64,000 nt of DNA, from positions 26,350,001 through 26,414,000 of the forward strand of contig NC_043010.1 of NCBI RefSeq assembly GCF_006345805.1. Direction: 5' to 3'. The translations under genes and the position numbers were made by a program. The notes under the pieces are model-generated. The model was not told the origin of the DNA. It did not search any database and was given only the letters and a program-made list of their open reading frames with translations. Source of the DNA: Octopus sinensis. Lineage: Eukaryota. Below, piece by piece: positions 60,580-64,000 of this stretch. Numbering within the stretch: position 1 is the first letter of the stretch; each line of letters starts with the position of its first letter.

Positions 60580-62112
60580 CATCATCATCGTTTAGCGTCC
60601 GTTTTCCATGCTAGCATGGGTTGGACGGTTCTACTGGGGTCTGTGAAGCCAGAAGGCTTCATCAGGCCCAGTCAAATCTGGCAGTGTTTCTACGGCTGGA
60701 TGCCCTTCCTAACGCCAACCACTCCGTGAGTGTAGTAGGTGCTTTTTACGTGCCACCCGCACAGGTGCCAGACAGAGCTGGCAAACGGCCACGAACGGAT
60801 GGTGCTTTTTATGTGCCACCGGCACGAGGGCCAGGCGAGGCTGGCAACGGACACGAACGGATGGTGCTTTTTACGTGCCACCGGCACGAGGCCAGTCGGG
60901 GCGGCGCTGGCAACGGTCGCGAAACGGAAGGTTCTCTTACATGCCACCGGCACTGGTAACACATCTGCAATTTCCATTGATCGATTTCGATTCTGATCCT
61001 CACTTGCCTCAACAGGTCTTCACAAGTAGAGTTTCGACATGCCACCGGCACTGGTAACACATCTGCAATTTCCATTGATCGATTTCGATTCTGATCCTCA
61101 CTTGCCTCAACAGGTCTTCACAAGTAGAGTTTTGTGTCCCAAGAAGGGAAGGTATGCATACGTAGGCTGGCTCCATCCCATGTAGAAGGCCACGGGTTAT
61201 GGACTCACTTGTACTGCCGGGTTTCTTGCGCACAGCACACTTCCAGAGGTCTCGGTCTCTAGTCATTTCCTCAGTGAGACCTAAAGTTCGAAGGTCGTGC
61301 TTCACCACCTCGTCCCAGTTTTCCTGGGTCTGCCTCTTCCGCAGGTTCCCTCAACCGCTAGGGTGTGGCACTTTTTCACAACAAACTATCTTCATCCATT
61401 CTCGCCACATGACCATACCAGCGCAAATGTCTCTCTTGCACACCACAACTGATGCTTCTTAGGTCCAGCTTTTCTCTCAAGGTACTTACACTCTGCCGAG
61501 TATGAGTACTGACATTACACATCCATCGGAGCATACTGGCTTCATTTCTTGCGAGCTTACGCATATCCTCAGCAGTCACGGCCCATGTTTCACTGCGATG
61601 TAGCATGGCTGTTCGTACACACGCATCATACAGTCTGCCTTTCACTCTGTGCGAGAGGCCTTTTGTCACCAGCAGAGGTAAGAGCTCTCTGAACTTTGCC
61701 CAAGCTATTCTTACTCTAGCAGTTACACTTTCAACACACCCGCCCCCGCTGCTGACTTGGTCACCTAGGTAACGGAAACTATCAACTATTTCTAGTTTTT
61801 CTCCCTGGAAAGTGACGGAAGTTGGTCTCAGAGCATTTTCAGTGTTTATTGTTCCTGAGCATATGCCACATACAAAAACCATCTTCCTAGTTAGCCTTCC
61901 TTTGACATTGCTGCACCTCTTATGTGTCCATAGCTTACACTTGGTGCATCTTATAGAGTTTCTACCTACACCTTTTCTACAGATCGAGCAGGGCCATCTA
62001 CCTGAAGGCGTTTGTGATTTGTCTACCTTCCTACTGATTACGACTTTGGTTTTAGCTAGATTGACTCTGAGGCCCTTCGATTCTAATCCTTGTTTCCACA
62101 CCTGAAACTTCT
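60580..62112 (-). mobile_element. RTE-clade LINE 3' fragment with PHD finger, repetitive 3' UTR and (GAT)n tail
   Basis: ORF 61376-62101 ([10 protein letters not shown]...FRYLGD...LRWYGHVAR), continued by RPRKTWDE...DRDLW; tail (cat)n at 60578-60590. Confidence 0.88.
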
Positions 62113-62532
62113 CATATATATGTATATATGTGTATGTATATATGTATATATGTATACATGTATATGTATATGTATATATATATGTATATAGGTATATGTA
62201 TATATGTATATGTATATGTATATATATATATGTATATATATATGTATATATATATTATATATATATAATATATATATACCAGGTGGTGCTATTAAGTTAT
62301 ACATGGCCTGGGCCAATAATGGCCGAAACTATCAAAGTATCAAAGTATACATATATATATGTATATGTATATGTATATATTATAGTATATATATATGTAT
62401 ATTATAATGCATATATTTATATGTATTATATATATAATATAATATGTATATATATATATATATATAGTATATATATATATATGTATATATATATATGTAT
62501 GTATATATATATATATGTATATATATATATGG

Positions 62533-62579
<47 letters not shown>

Positions 62580-62701
62580 TATGTATTATAATTATGTATA
62601 TATTATATATGTATTATATATATATAGTATATATATATTATATATGTATATATGTATAATATATATATATATATATATGTATATTATATGTATATATAAT
62701 A

Positions 62702-62750
<49 letters not shown>

Positions 62751-64000
62751 GTATATATATGTATATATATATGTATATATATATGTATATATGTATATAT
62801 ATATGTATATATGTATAGTAATATGTATAATATATATGTATATATGTATATATATGTATATATATATATGTATATATATATGTATTATATATAGTATATA
62901 ATATGTATATATATATGATATATATATGTATATATATGTATATATATATATATGTAATATATATGTATATTATATATGATATATATAATATATGTATATA
63001 TATATTGTATATATATATATGTATATATATATATATGTATATATATAATATGTATATATATATGTATATATATATGTATACATATATGTATATATATATA
63101 TATGTATATATATATATCTGTATATATATAATATGTATATTATATATATATGTATATATGTATATATATATATATGTATATATATATATGTATATATATA
63201 TATGTATATATATATATATGTATAATATATATGGTATATATTATATATGTATATATTATTATATATGTATATTATATATATGTATTATATATATATGTAT
63301 ATTATATATGTATATATATATATATGATATTATAATATATGTATATATATATGTATATATTTATATATGTATATATATATATAGATATTATATTATATAT
63401 ATGTATATATATATGTATATATATTATATATATATATATATATATTATGTATATATATGTATATGTATATATATATGTATATATATATTATGTATATATA
63501 TCTATTATTATATATGTATATATATATATATATTGTATATATATATAATATATGTAATATATATATGTATATGTATATATATATGATATGTATATCTATA
63601 TGTATATATATATATGTGTGTATATGTATATATATATGTCTATATATATGTATGTATATATGTATGTATATATATATGTATATATATGTATGTATATATA
63701 TATGTATATATATGTATGTATATATATATGTATATATAATGTATATATATGTATGTATATATATATGTATATATATAATGGTATATATATATGTATTATG
63801 TATATATAGTATGTATATATATATGTATATATATGTATGTTATATATATGTATATATATGTATGTATATATATATTATATGTATAATATATGGATATATA
63901 TTATAATATATATATGTATATATATAATGTATATATATAATGTATATATATATAATGTATATATGTATATATATATGAATATATATATATGATATTATTT
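62113..64000. repeat. About 1.9-kb degenerate (TA)n/(TATG) microsatellite
   Basis: Direct reading; the long IY/YI ORFs here are artefacts. Confidence 0.95.

Noticed and set aside
60737-60950. CRISPR-like periodic repeats
   Set aside because: The intervening sequences resemble each other, the context is a eukaryotic LINE 3' UTR, and no cas genes are present.
62113-64000. Long IY/YI/VY-rich ORFs (also 41315-42074, 14881-15238, 19746-20174, 32230-32612, 38313-38747)
   Set aside because: Translations of (TA)n, (TATG)n and (CA)n microsatellites.

Overview
Animal non-coding DNA made almost entirely of transposable elements and microsatellites. I recognise no host protein-coding exon, rRNA, true tRNA or CRISPR array. 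The SINE repertoire looks cephalopod (octopus-like); that is recollection, not a database result. Contents: (i) L1/Tx1-clade LINEs, namely a near full-length minus-strand copy (8964-14040, 18-bp TSD), two head-to-tail near full-length copies in (TC)n (44685-50101, 50191-55632) and several fragments; (ii) RTE, CR1-like and Penelope relics; (iii) mariner elements, one complete with 27-bp TIRs and TA TSD, plus Merlin-like and hAT-like MITEs and a Helitron-like element; (iv) about 30 tRNA-type SINE copies in at least three families; (v) long (TA)n, (GT)n and (TC)n tracts and a 100-N gap. The main signal the ORF track misses is RNA structure. Four different small non-coding Penelope/retrozyme-type elements carry minimal type I hammerhead ribozyme motifs: a canonical one (41363-41407, minus), one with an extended stem II (8821-8882, minus), one with a compensatory G3:C8 core swap (41004-41052, plus), and a damaged one fused behind a tRNA SINE head (4524-4566). 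Tx1 LINEs sit just upstream of the hammerhead position in two of these families. Ribozyme activity and targeting are hypotheses; all folds and alignments were done by eye, and many fragment boundaries are approximate.
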